Assembly: GCA_043228905.1 (NCBI GenBank)
Contig: JBHGNT010000011.1
Span: 8,742,001 to 8,806,000 of the forward strand
Length of the DNA: 64,000 nt
Direction of reading: 5' to 3'
Source of the DNA: Azolla caroliniana
Taxonomy: Eukaryota; Plantae; Polypodiophyta
Position numbers and translations under genes: made by a program. This document shows, in pieces, positions 45,115 through 58,385 of the stretch (position 1 is its first letter; every line of letters starts with the position of its first letter). Under the pieces are notes generated by a model, which worked only from the letters and a program-made list of their open reading frames with translations, made no database searches and was not told the origin of the DNA.

Positions 45115-46098
45115 CCATTCGAATTGTTCTCTGCTGAATTGCAGATGTAACCGGGCGTGCCAAAATTCTTCTGTGTTAATCGGCTAATTACTAACTACTA
45201 CCGATATAGAAGAGTGAACGTCGCTACTCAACGTTCTAACAAGGAATTGTGTTTTACGAACGGAATTATACTATATTAATCGGTAATTACCATGATCGTT
45301 ATTTAGTTATAAATTAGGAAGCTTGCACTTAAGATCATAGACAATAGAAGGAACACAGAATTCGTACAAGATACTCCTAACTTAAACTTATATTACTAAA
45401 TAGAACGACCTTTCTTACAATGCCTTCGGTTCCCTTTTATAGGTATACCGAAGGTCTTTTCTCATCAAGAACTATTCCTACTTACTATCAAGATTTACAA
45501 AATTATCTAACTAACTTAGTTCTCTTCATTTTACTGCTGAGTCATTGATCCGAACAGTCGATCCGAACCGACTCTGTTTTCGACGCTTTCCCACTTGTTC
45601 GGTAAAACTGACTGTCCGGGTCCGGGTAACAAGGGAGATGATACACCGAACGAGAGCTGTTGGCCGGTCAGAAGAGCAAGGACAAGTGGGAAGGCGGAAT
45701 CAGATCGGATAATAGGAAGTAAATAATAGTAGAATTATTATTCGGAGGGACGGATCCGGTACAGTGTACCGATCCGGATCCGGACCGATTCGGATGTCGG
45801 TTGCCTAAGCGCACCGATTGTAACCTTGCCGGATGCCTATAAAAGGATCCGATGATTTGTAAAGTGTTTTGACGGAAGTAATACAATAGTGATTATTGCG
45901 TATTTATCTGTATCTCGTATTGTTTGCCGTCCGTGCTTAATTGTAATCATCTTATGCGTGTAACCTAGCATCCAATCCTTACCACCCCTTTGGAGAAGTG
46001 CCGGATAGACACCTGTGTTGAGGCTAGTCCGGCCAGACAGACAACACTATTTTGGCGACCACGATTCCTGCAAAGTGCAGAGGACAATCGGGGGATGG

Positions 46099-49000
46099 AT
46101 GTCTAGACCAAACGACGACCACATCACCGAACGAGGGAGACGATACACCGAACGCGAGCAACGACGGGAAGCCCTGCAGCAAGCCGTCGACGAGATCCGG
46201 CGGGATCGGTCATTCTCCAAAACTCTTCGGAGAGTCGTAGAAGAAGCACTGCAGTTCCGGGTTCTGCAAATCCCCGACGAAGGCAGTAGCATAACAAGCC
46301 AGCAAGAGGCGGAAACGATACTGCAGACGCTCGCCGCGGGCGACGGGGACTCGGAAGCATTCGCAACACTTGAGGCGGAGTCGGAAACCGACGGAAGCGT
46401 TGCATCCCGGTATAAAAGCAGCCACGACACACCAAACGACCGGGAGGACGAGGGGTCGGACGACTCAGTAACACCGGCGCCAGAGGAAGAAATAACCCTG
46501 GAATTCGGTGATCGGCAACCGCCGAGGAAGGCTGAGCGGATACCGACAACACCCGCGGAGGAACCAACGGACCGGACACCGGCAACACCCGCGGAGGAAC
46601 CAAAGGTTCTCACACCAACGCCAACAGCGGACAGAGAGCGGAGGGAACAGAAGAGTCAGTTGGACGACACGATGCCGTACCCATACCCAAAGTACCGGGA
46701 TGAGGCCGACGCGGAGGCACACGTGTACGCACTCCTCCAAACATGGGAAGCCAACCATGTCTCCCAAAGACTGACGGAGCCCGAAGCCGAACGATCCAAA
46801 ATCGCCGAATTCGGCATAACCTTAGAAGGGCCGGCGGCCCAATGGCACGCAAAGCACTTACCAGGCACCTTTGCCACATTCGATGCCTTGAAGGCCAGAT
46901 TACTCAGGTTTTTTCACAGACAATTTGAGCAAAGGGAATTGGTCGGGCAGTTCTACACCACCCGGCAGGAAGAGAACGAGACTATGCCACAATTCATCAT
47001 TCGGTTCCAGACCCTGCACAGCCAACTAACAACAGCACCACCCGAAGACGAAGCCAAAGCAGTCTTTCTGGCCGCACTGAAAGAGCCACTTCGAACAATG
47101 TGCGGAGTCCTCGATTTCCAAACCAGCACAATGGACCAAGTTATTGATCGGGTTCTAGAAATGGACAAGACTAGCCCCTTCTTGTCGATGGGGATGTTAC
47201 ACCGGGCACTCCCAAAGGAGGAAGACCTGAGGTTCCGACAGGCCTTACAATGCACAACATGCCTGAATTCGGGACACTCAACAGTGGACTGCACCCTGCG
47301 AACACAATGTGTGATCTGCAACTCTCGAGCCCATACAACAGACCGATGCGAATATAACCTGTTAAATCGGCAGGCAGCACCGGTTCGACACATAGAACCG
47401 CGCAATCAGAACCCGGACGAGGATCGATTCCGGAGAGACGACCGCTACCAACGCGAACGCGGTAACAGATACGCTGATAGAAGACGCGACAACTATGACC
47501 GAGAGGAGAGACGCAGAGATAGCTACCCCCGAGGCCGGTACGACAGAGACGAATCCCCGGAAGACGACCGACGCAGAGAAGAGAGGCGACAAGGATACGC
47601 TGATACTAGACGCGACAACTATGACCGAGAGGAGAGACGCAAAGATAGCTACCCCCGAGACCGGTACGACCGAAACGAAGCCCCGGAATACGACCGACGC
47701 AGAGAAGAGAGGCGACAAGGGAACCGAAATTTCCGACGGAATCAGAAGCGTGGATTTTTCCGAAGAGAGGAACGTCGGGAGGCAGCAAGGAATGACAACC
47801 CGGTATCGGTACCGGATAACCGAAAAACCGAAGACGACCGCCGGGGCATACCCACCCTCCAAACCGGGGACAAAGCAGAAACAAGCAACAGTCACAAGGT
47901 GTACTGTTATTACTGCCGCAAGGAAGGCCACTATAGTAACCAATGCCCAAGCAAAAGCTATGACAAGCAGCCGGAAGTCAACATGGTTACAACCGAAATA
48001 ATAGAAGTACAGCAGGTCACAACCCGGTCAAAGGGAAAGACCGCCGAGTGGGAAGCCCAGGAGGCAATCAGAAAACAAGCCACACAATGGATCAAGGAGG
48101 TCAATGAACAGAATGCGGCAGAGGTAAGAGACCAAAATATGCCAAAAGACGAAGAAATCATACAGCCAGGAGAAAACCCGACGTGGCAAGCGCTACAGGA
48201 CTGTCAAATCGTGCTGTCGTTAGCACGACTACTACAGTTAGTGCCACGATTTACGCAGACCTACAGGCATCCGTCAGCAAACCGAAGCCGACGCCAGCAC
48301 CGGCATTCTTCTCCAACCCGGAGGAAGGACCAGCGGTGGTCGATACAAGTAACCCGGCTATCACGGCAATCGTGAAAGGAAAGAAAATTGCTGGAACGAT
48401 TATTGACGGAGGCTCCGGGGTAAATGTCATCAGCCAACAGACATGCAACGACCTGGGCATCCGGGAATGGGAACCATGCCCCTTCTGGTTACGCATGGCG
48501 GATACTAGCTCAGTTCGACCGACCGGGCTTATCCGGGATTTGGAAATAACGATCGGAGGCCACGTATTCCGGATATCGGCCGTGGTGCTGCAGCTGAATG
48601 TACAAGGCGCGTACCCCCTACTGCTAGGACGACCATGGCTGCGAACGGCGCATATCAAGCAGAACTGGCAAAAGAACATGATCACATTCCGGCGAGGGAA
48701 AACAAAGGTACGAGTAACGACGCAACCACGGGTGATCACCAGTAAGGAAGCAACTCCATTGTATGCGGAAAGCATTAACATGTTGGAGGGATTACCGGAC
48801 GAGGAAGTCGAGCGGTACCTCGAGGAACACCCACGAATCGTCCCACTATTTGAGGTGGATATCACGGCGGCAGTAGAACCGTACATTACGACGCCGGAAG
48901 AACCGGACCAAGCGGCGATCCGGGAACTGCGACAAGCGCAGGAATCCCTAGAGAGGGAAATGACGATATCCCAGAGGGTAAAAGCATCCCAACTCGAGGA

Positions 49001-51985
49001 GGTGGACCTCGGCACAGCAGACAAGCCCCGACCGGTAAATGTTGCAAAGGAATTGCCGAAGGAAGAAAAGAAGGCAATGATAGCATTATTAACAGACTTC
49101 AAGGATGTGTTCGCGTGGTCGTACGAAGACATGCGAGGGTTGGACCCCCAGCTCTATCAGCACCAAATTCACCTAAGTACGGACGCGAAACCGATTGCTC
49201 AACGCAGGTACCGGATGAATCCGAATTATGCGGAAAAGGTGAAGGAGGAAATTGATAAGCTCCTTCGGGTCGGATTTATCCGACTGGTCAAGCAGGCAAC
49301 CTGGCTAAGTCCGATAGTGGTGGTCCCGAAAAAGAACGGCAAAATCCGGGTATGCGTGGACTACCGAAAACTAAATGCCGCAACAGTGACCGATGCGTTT
49401 CTACTACCATTTACGGACGGGGTGTTAGATGCGGTAGCCGGGCACGAAGCTTACAGCTTCCTGGATGGATTTAGCGGCTACAACCAAATATGAATGAACC
49501 CGGCCGACCAAGAGAAGACAACGTTCGTGACGGAATGGGGAGTGTTCGTCACGGTCGTGATGATGTTCGGACTAAAGACGGTTCCAGCGACCTTTCAAAG
49601 GATAATAATGGAAATTTTCGGGGAATATATCCCCGGTTTTATGCAGGTCTTCCTTGACGATTTCGCGGTCTACAGCCGGCACGGAGAGCATCTCGATCAC
49701 CTCCGGCTGTGCTTGGAGAAGTGCCGCGAGTACCGATTGAGCCTGAATCCGGCCAAATGCGTCTTTGGAGTGGCAAGCGGCAACTTGCCAGGGCACGTGG
49801 TGAGTAAGGAAGGAATCGCGGTAGATCCGGATAAAGTCAAGGTGATTCTCGATGCACCAGCACCAAGTAACGCAAAGGCTTTAAGCCGGTTCCTGGGCCA
49901 AATAAGGTGGCATAGCCGGATGATACGGCACCTTGCGGACTTCGCTACACCGTTACATACCGCCGTACATAGGGTACCCTTCCTATGGGCCGAGACGGAG
50001 GAGGAATCCTACAAAGTGTTGAAGGTTATGCTGTCACAAGCTCCGGTGGTGCAACCGCCGGATTGGAGTAAAAGCTTTCACGTCTTCGTCGACGCGTCGG
50101 ACGTAGCAATCGGCAGCATTCTGATGCAACTCACAGAGCCGAAATGGTACCGTCCGGTGTACTACGCAAGCCGGAAACTCTCAAAAGCCGAACGGAATTA
50201 CTCTACGACGGAACGCGAGGCATTGGGAATGGTGTATAGTGTCACAAAGTACAGGCACTATCTGCTCGGAAGGAAGTTTTCCTTCCATGTCGACCATTCG
50301 GCACTACTCTACCTGGTCTCGAAGGCATCCCTGACGGGAAAAATTGCACGGTGGACACTGCTACTATAGGAATTTGAATTCGACATTTTCCACCGACCCG
50401 GGGCGCAGCATGCGGTGGCGGACTATCTAAGCAGACTCGAATCCGGAGAAGCAGGGGACGGCGTCCAGGATGAGTTTCCCGACGCCGAATTATTCCGGAT
50501 CACGACGAAACCGGCAACGGATACAACGGTAGCCGACGAAGACACATGGCTAACTGAGATGCATCAGTTCCTGAGCACCGGAGTTCCCCCGGAGAACATG
50601 GACCGCGATGAAAGGAAAAGGGTAGCAGTAAGAAGTAGACATTTCTGCTTGGTTGGAGACACCCTCTATCACAAGGGGGCAGATGGCATCTGGAGATGAG
50701 CAGTGCAGAGCGATGAGAAGGATCTAATCCTCAGGGAAGCCCACTGTGGAATTGCCGGCGGGCATTATGCCGGCGACGCAACCGCTCGGAAAATATGGCA
50801 GAGCGGACTATGGTGGCCCACCACCCTAAAAGATGCCGTGAAGTATAGCAGAGAATGCGATTTGTGTCAACGACTGGGCCAACCCACAGAGCAGGCCCGG
50901 ATGCCACACCACCCGGTCTTGCCCTTGGATCCGTTTCAAAAGTGGGGGTTGGACTTTGTCGGTCCCTTCAAACCACCGGCAATGCGAACCGGAAATCGGT
51001 ATGTCATAGTGGCGACCGATTATTGCACCAAATGGGTAGAAGCAAAGGCCTTACGAGACAACACAGCCGCGTCCACGGCAAAGTTTCTGTACGAGTGCAT
51101 ATGGTGCCGGTATGGATGCCCGATCGAGCTTATAAGTGACCAAGGAGGACATTTTCTCGGGCAGGTAGTAGAAAGCCTGACGTCATTTTACGCGGTGGTA
51201 CATAAAAAGAGTACTCCCTACTACCCTCAAGCCAATGGACTAGCGGAATCAACGAACAAAACTTTGCAGAGAAAATCGTCAACGAGAACCGGACCGACTG
51301 GGATACGAAATTGCAAAGCGCGCTATGGGCGTACCGAACAACGTACAAAACCAGCATCCGAACAACCCCGTTCCGACTAGCATTTGGGTTAGAAGCGGTC
51401 ATGCCGGTAGAGTTCCAGATCCCCAGCTTACGGATTCAGGTGAAGGAGCGCTTAAGTGAGAACGAGTCTGAACGAATCCGGCTGGCGACGTTGTTGGAAT
51501 TAGAGGAGAACCGAATAGCCAGCTTACTACAACTCGAACTGGAGCAAAGGAGGAGAAAAGCCTTCGTGGACCGACACCGGCGTAGCAATGAAAAGGAGTT
51601 CGAGGTCGGGAAACCGGTGCTACTATTCCAGACACGGATGGGGAACATGCTGGGAAAGTTGCGGTTTCGATGGACCGGACTGTTCTGGATCACCAAGGAG
51701 TACAATGGGTCGGATAAGCTCGGCACGTTGTCTGGAGATGTCATCGGCAAGTGGGCAAATGGATTTCGACTAAAGCCGTATAAGGGAAATATGCCAGCCA
51801 ACCCGTTCAACCAAAACCCGGAAATCCGGCAAGATGAGGAACCGACACCGACAGACGCTGCTGAAGATATTCGGACCGAGGAAGAACTGACATCGATACT
51901 GACGAAGACTATCCCGAAAAACCGACAGAAGGATCCGGTATCCACACGAACCGACCCGAACAAATGGGGGGGGACCAGCAAATGA
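46099..51985 (+). pseudogene. Element D gag-pol, disrupted
   Basis: Colinear with C gag-pol. Frameshifts at ~48255 and ~51270; stops at 49491, 50367 and 50697. Confidence 0.9.
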
Positions 51986-52002
51986 CGTGGTCAAAGCAAA
52001 AG

Positions 52003-52151
52003 GAAAAAAAATAAAAATAAAAATAAAAATAAAAATAAAAATAAAAATAAAAATAAAAATAAAAATAAAAATAAAAATAAAAATAAAAATAAAAAATAAA
52101 AAATAAAAAAAAATAAAAAAAAATAAAAAAAAATAAAAAAAAATAAAAAAT
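52003..52151. repeat. (AAAAAT)n microsatellite between pol and ORF2
   Basis: Visible directly in the sequence. Confidence 0.95.
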
Positions 52152-52511
52152 GACGTGGGCAAAATCGACGCGAATCATCGTAATGATGGGGGGAGCGCCA
52201 CCATGCAACGAAGAGGCGCCATGCATTAAAGAAGGACGTGCGCGGACTTGCTATTTAAAGCATGGAACGTGGGCACTCACACGCGGCAAACAAGAAAGGA
52301 CATACTAATTATGGCGGGAGAGGAACATGCGCGGGAAACGAAAAAGGGCGGCTCGAGGCACAACCCACTATATAAGACACAGGCCTGCGAAGGGCTCACT
52401 TTTTACGAATTTTCCTACATACAGGCGCAGAAGCACAGAAGAGCGACCCGACGCACAGAGCACACACAGCGCGATCCCGAACAACAGGTAGCAGACGAAG
52501 AATTCGGAACA

Positions 52512-55416
52512 ATGGTACTGTCGGAAGAGGCACGCCAATGGATGAGGGAGAACGGGTTAAAAGGATTACTGCGGATCGCCGACGCTCCACCACACGCAGA
52601 ACCAGAGCAGGCGGCAGCATCGATCAATATATCAGAAGTCACGGAAGGAGCGGTGCAGGCGCTCACGGGGATCAAAGCAGGAGGACTTCAGACAATCGAA
52701 AACCCTTCCAGTGAAATCCTGTTCGAATATTTCGGGGAATACTCTATCAGCAGCAAGGCGTACCGAACGCAGGGCGGAGAGAACCTGCTGTTCGGAGAAG
52801 TGGCCCGCGCTATGATGGAATACGGATTCGTGAATCCCCGTCCCCCCAGCCATAGCCAAGTACTGGGCAGCGTTCTTAATAGCAGCGTACGAGGGCTTAC
52901 AAATAGACTGGCTCCATTTCATAACCGAAGGATTGAAGGAGGCCATCAGAAATCTTGTGGAAGGAAAAAAGCCATGGGCCGGGATAGCACAATGGCTAAC
53001 GGTGTTAGTCCCACCGGTGCTCCCCATCACACAAAAGAGAAGAGGTTGGCAGGAGACGACGCCGAAAAAGGTCACAAAGCGCCGACAGATCTTGGGGAAA
53101 CACACCCCCGGATGGACCCAGCAAGAAGCAGAACAGCAGGGGGAAGGACCATCCTGACAGCAAAAGGAACCGGCAACAAAGGCAAAACCGGCAGGTAAAG
53201 GCAAAGGGAAAGCGGCCGAGGAGGAACCGGTAGCGCGCAAACCAATCCAGATAACGCTGCGACGGCCGGAACCGGAACCAGAGGTCTCTAGACAAAAGGT
53301 CCGTCTGGTAACCGCACCGGAGGAGGAAGCTGAAACAGAAGACTCATCCGAACCACTGGTAAGACTCCCAGCAAGACAAGGTCGGGAGAAACGGGCGAAA
53401 GGACCGGCTCCACCAGTGGACAGAACCCAGCAGAGGGCGCAAGGACCGTCTCCAGTAGCCGAGGCGGAAACAACACCGGAACCCGTACCCAGGGAAGCAG
53501 CACCGACACCGGTTGGGCCGGACTTCAGAAAACCAGTCATCCCAGAGAAGAAGAAGGAACAAGCGCCGGAGCCGGAGCCAGAGAAGAGGCCGGAAAATCA
53601 GCCTGGCTTAAGTGCGCAAGGCCACCCCGACACCGGAAGAACAAAGCCACAATGGCTGAGATGGCTTTCGGAGCAGTTATCGGGAGTAGCGGACCAGTTA
53701 GAGAAAGAAGAAACGTGTTGGCAACAGCTGACGCATACAACAACTCAGGAGTTGGTCGCGCTCCGAACACAGATTGAGGAAATGCAAGGGGAGCTGTTGC
53801 AGGCAAGGGAAGGAATTCAACAAGCACAAGCTGTCACCGAGCCGGTCGGGACAACAAGGAAGCATCCAGAACCGGAACCGGAACCGGTAGCCTTGCAAAC
53901 CGGCCCTGAGACCGAAAAAATAATAGAAACCTTACGAGAGGAGTTACAAGCTCAGGAGGCATTAAGGGAAAGAGAAAGGGAGCAGCGGAAAGCGGTGGAG
54001 GATGACAGAAGAAAAATGGAAGAAGGCCTCCGGAAAGGTCGAGCCGCTAATGACCGACTGCAAGAAGAAAAAGAGAAGCTGCAGAAGGAGAAGGACCGAC
54101 TACGTCGACATGCCGAGCCAGAGATAGAACGACTGCAGGAAGAACTCCGACAACAGAAGGACCGGGACGATCGGTTAAGAGCTCAGGCATCCCGACGCCT
54201 GAAGCAGAAGACGGAGGACTTCGACCGTCTCTACCGAGATCACAAGCAGGCCGAGTCGGACAACAAAAAACGAGCAGCAGACTACGACCGGCAAATAGAG
54301 AAGCTGAAAGAGCAGCTCAAAGAGACCCGATTAGACTTGGCTAAGGCGATGGATGAGGTCAGTGCCAACAAGGAAGCATTGTCGACGGAAATAGCCCAAG
54401 CAACGGAGAGAAGGAAGGAATTAGAGGCGCCAAGGCGGGAAAAGCTGGACCTGACCAAGATCAGGAATGAAGAAAAGGAAAAATCGACCTTCACGATCAG
54501 CAAACTGCAGAGTACCTATGAAAAGCAGAAAGCAGATTACGAGGCCCAGGCTCAGATAATGGCCGACATTATAAAACGGGCAAGGAAGGAAAAGTAGGAA
54601 GCTTATGCGCATGCTAAGGCAGGGGTTGACCGGATCAAGCTCATCATGTCAGGATGGAGTACCCGAGCTCAGGCAAGCATCAATGAAAGTACGGAAAAGC
54701 TATGGAAGGAGTGGTCACAACAGGCAGCTGAGCTGCAGACACTCCGAGCGGATGCCGAGAATCGGAGGAAGACCGGTGACAAGTTCTACAAGATGGACTA
54801 GGAAAGTATCGTCGCCATTCGGGAAGAATTGTCGGAAGATTTCTACACTTTAGCGGAAGAACATCTCAAAGATATCCGAGGGTTGGTAGAGAGGTTGGAT
54901 GACGGGCAGCTCGCAACTCAGTTGGAGTTGGAGAGATACGAGCATGACCGGTTACGACAGGAAGCTAAGGGAAGAACGACGCCAACCACTATTGGTGAGG
55001 GAACGCGACCGGCGGAAGATGAACCAACCGACACCGAACAACCCCGACGAGGAATACCCGAAGACGAGCTTGAAGAAGAGCAGGAGCGGACCGATGCCGG
55101 AGAAGAAGAAGAGCTGAGACCGGAAGACACCAGAGCAGAGGAAGGAGGCATATCGAGTCGACCAGTCGAGACCGGAGAAAGCGACACTGGTAACAGAACA
55201 AAGCCAGGAACGGAGGGAGAACAGGAAGAACCCGAACGAAGAGGTGAGGAAGCACCGGCACCACAGAATCAAGCAGAGCTGGAGCAGCAAATTTTTACAG
55301 AACAGCCCACCCAACCGGAGGTCAGAGACCAGGCAGGCAAGGAACAGGAACAGGAGGAAGAAGCACCACTTGACACCATCGAGCAGAGTGTGCTCGATAT
55401 TTTGGAGGAAGACTGA
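52512..55416 (+). pseudogene. Element D ORF2 (coiled-coil protein), disrupted
   Basis: MVLSEEARQWMRENGLKGLLRIADAPPH...FGEYSISSKAYRTQGG. Frameshift at ~52845 and in-frame TAGs at 54595 and ~54798. TATATAA at 52369-52375 upstream. Confidence 0.75.
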
Positions 55417-58385
55417 GGCCGGGAGTGGATTCGAAGTGCAAGGCACTTTCCCACGGGCGTGCCATGTGTTGGCCGGTCAGAAGAGCAAGGACAAGTGGGA
55501 AGGCGGAATCGGATCGGATAATAGGAAGTAAATAATAGTAGAATTATTATTCGGAGGGATGGATCCGGTACAGTGTACCGATCCGGATCCGGACCGATTC
55601 GGATGTCGGTTGCCTAAGCGCACCGATTGTAACCTTGCCGGATGCCTATAAAAGGATCCGATGATTTGTAAAGTGTTTTGACGGAAGTAATACAATAGTG
55701 ATTATTGCGTATTTATCTGTATCTCGTATTGTTTGCCGTCCGTGCTTAATTGTAATCATCTTATGCGTGTAACCTAGCATCCAATCCTTACCACCCCTTT
55801 GGAGAAGTGTCGGATAGACACCTGTGTTGAGGCTAGTCCGGCCAGACAGACAACAAGAGCAACGATGGGAAGCCCTGCAGCAAGCCGTCGACGAGATCCG
55901 GCGAGATCGGTCATTCTCCAGAACTCTTCGGAGAGTCGCAGAAGAAGCACTGCAGTTCCGGGTTCTGCAGGTCCCCGACGAAGGCAGTAGCATAACAAGC
56001 CTGCAAGAGGCGGAAACGATACTACAGACGCTCGCCGGGGGCGACGGGGACTCGGAAGCATTCGCAACACTTGAGGCGGAGTCGGAAAGCGACGGAAGCG
56101 TTGCATCCCGGTATAAAAGCAGCCACGACACACCAAACGACCCGGGGGAAGAGGGGTCGGAAGACTCAGTAACACCGGAGCCAGAGGAAGAAATAACCTT
56201 GGAGTTCGGTGACCGGCAATCGCCGAGGGAGGCTGACGGGATACCGACTACACCCGCGAAGGAACCGAAGGAGCGGATACCGACAACACCCGCGGAGGAA
56301 CCAAAGGACCGGACACTGGCAACACCCGCGAAGGAACTGAAGGAGCGGATACCGGCACCAACCGCGGAGGAACCAAAGGTTCTCACACCGACGCCAACAA
56401 CGGACATAGAGCGGAGAAAGCAGGAGAGTCAGTTGGACGACACGATGCCGTACCCATACCCAAAGTACCGGGATGAGCCCGACGCGGAGGCACACGTGTA
56501 CGCATTCCTCCAAACATGGGAAGCCAACCATGTCTCCCAAAGACTGACGGAGCCCGAAGCCGAACGATCCAAAGTCGCCGAATTCGGCATGACCTTAGAA
56601 GGACCGGCGGCCCGATGGCATGCAAAGCACTTACCGGGCAGCTTTGCCACATTCGATGCCTTGAAGGCAAAATTCCTCAGGCTTTTTCACAGACAAGTTG
56701 AGCAAAGGGAATTGGTCGGGCAGTTCTACACCACCCGGCAGGAAGAGAACGAGACTATGCCACAATTCATCATTCGGTTCCAGACCCTGCACAGCCAACT
56801 AACAACAGCACCACCCGAAGACGAAGCCAAAGCAGTCTTTCTGGCCGCACTGAAAGAGCCACTTCGAACAATGTGCGGAGTCCTTGATTTCCAAACCAGC
56901 ACAATGGACCAAGTTATTGATCGGGTTCTAGAAATGGACAAGACTAGCCCCTTCTTGTCGATGGGGATGTTACACCGGGCACTCCCGAAGGAGGAAGACC
57001 TTAGGTTCCGACAGGCCTTACAATGCACAACATGCCTAAATTCGGGCCACTCAACAGTAGACTGCACCCTGCGGACACAATGTATGATCTGCAACTCTCG
57101 AGCCCATACAACGGACCGATGCGAATATAACCTGTTAAATCGGCAGGCAGCACCGGTTCGACACATAGAACCGCGCAATCAGAACCCGGATGAGGATCGA
57201 TTCCGGAGAGACGACCGCTACCAACGCGAACGCGGTAACAGATACGCTGATAGAAGACGCGATAACTATGACCGAGAGGAGAAACACAGAGATAGCTACC
57301 CCCGGGCCGGTACGACCGAGACGAATCCCCGGAATACGAACAACGCAGAGAAGAGAGGCGATAAGGGAACCGAAATTTCCAACGGAATCAGAAGCGTGGA
57401 TTTTTCCGAAGAGAGGAATGTCGGGAGGCAGCAAGGAATGACAACCCGGTATCGGTACCGGATAACCGAAAAACCGAAGATGACCGCCGAAGCATACCCA
57501 CCCTCCAAACCGGGGACAAAGGAGAAACGAGCAACAGTCACAAGGTGTACTGTTATTACTGCCGTAAGGAAGGCCATTATAGTAACCAATGCCCAAGCAA
57601 AACCAATGACAAGCAACCGGCAGTCAACATGGTTACAACCGAAATAACAGAAGTACAACAGGTCACAACCCGGTCAAAGGGAAAGACCGCCGAGTGGGAA
57701 GCCCAGGAGGCAATCAGAAAACAAGCGGCGCAATGGATCAAGGAGGCCAATGAACAGAATGCGGCAGAAGTAAGAGACCAAAATATGCCAAAAGGCGAAG
57801 AAATCATACAGCCAGGAGAAAACCCGACGTGGAAAGCGCTACAGGACTGTCAAATCGTGCTGCCGTTAGCACGGCTACTACAGTTGGTGCCACGGTTTAC
57901 GGCAGACTTACAGGCATCCGTGAGCAAACCGAAGCCGACGCCAGCACCGACATTCTTCTCCAACCCGGAGGAAGGACCAGCGGTGGTCGATACAAGTGGC
58001 CCGGCGATCACGACAATCGTGAAAGGAAAGGAAATTGCTGGAAGGATTATTGACAGAGGCTCCGGGGTAAATGTCATCAGCCGACAAACATGCGATAACC
58101 TGGGCATCCGGAAATGGGAACCATGCCCCTTCTGGTTACGCATGGTGGATACCAGCTCAATTCGACCGACCGGGCTTATCCGGGATTTGGAAGTAACGAT
58201 TGGAGGCCACGTATTCCGGATATCGGCCGTGGTGCTGCAGCTGAATGTACAAGACGCGTACCCCCTACTGCTAGGACGACCATGGCTGCGAACGGCGCAT
58301 ATCAAGCAAAACTGGCAAAAGAACATGATCACATTCCGGCGAGGGAAAACAAAGGTACGAGTAACGACGCAACCACGGGTGATCG

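Larger units (their letters stand above)
30732..45631 (-). mobile_element. Full-length non-chromoviral (Athila/Phygy-like) Ty3/gypsy (element C) with an extra 3' ORF
   Basis: 458-bp LTRs at 30732-31189 and 45174-45631 (3 differences seen). TSD AGGGA (30727-30731 and 45632-45636). PBS TGGCACGCCCGGT (45162-45150). No PPT. Confidence 0.95.
45658..55855 (+). mobile_element. Full-length non-chromoviral Ty3/gypsy (element D) with an extra 3' ORF; coding regions decayed
   Basis: 389-bp LTRs at 45658-46046 and 55467-55855 (3 differences seen). TSD AGAGC (45653-45657 and 55856-55860). PBS TGGCGACCAC at 46053. No PPT. Confidence 0.95.
30268..58385 (+). mobile_element. Non-chromoviral Ty3/gypsy (element E, same family as D), host of three nested insertions
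   Basis: 5' LTR 30268-30639 and PBS TGGCGACCAC at 30646. Own sequence at 30268-30731, 45637-45657 and 55861-58385 (gag-protease with a frameshift). Interrupted by C, D and F. Confidence 0.88.

Noticed and set aside
46047-58332. Many 100-300 aa antisense and alternative-frame ORFs
   Set aside because: They are shadows of GC-rich gag-pol/ORF2 coding sequence with no independent motifs.
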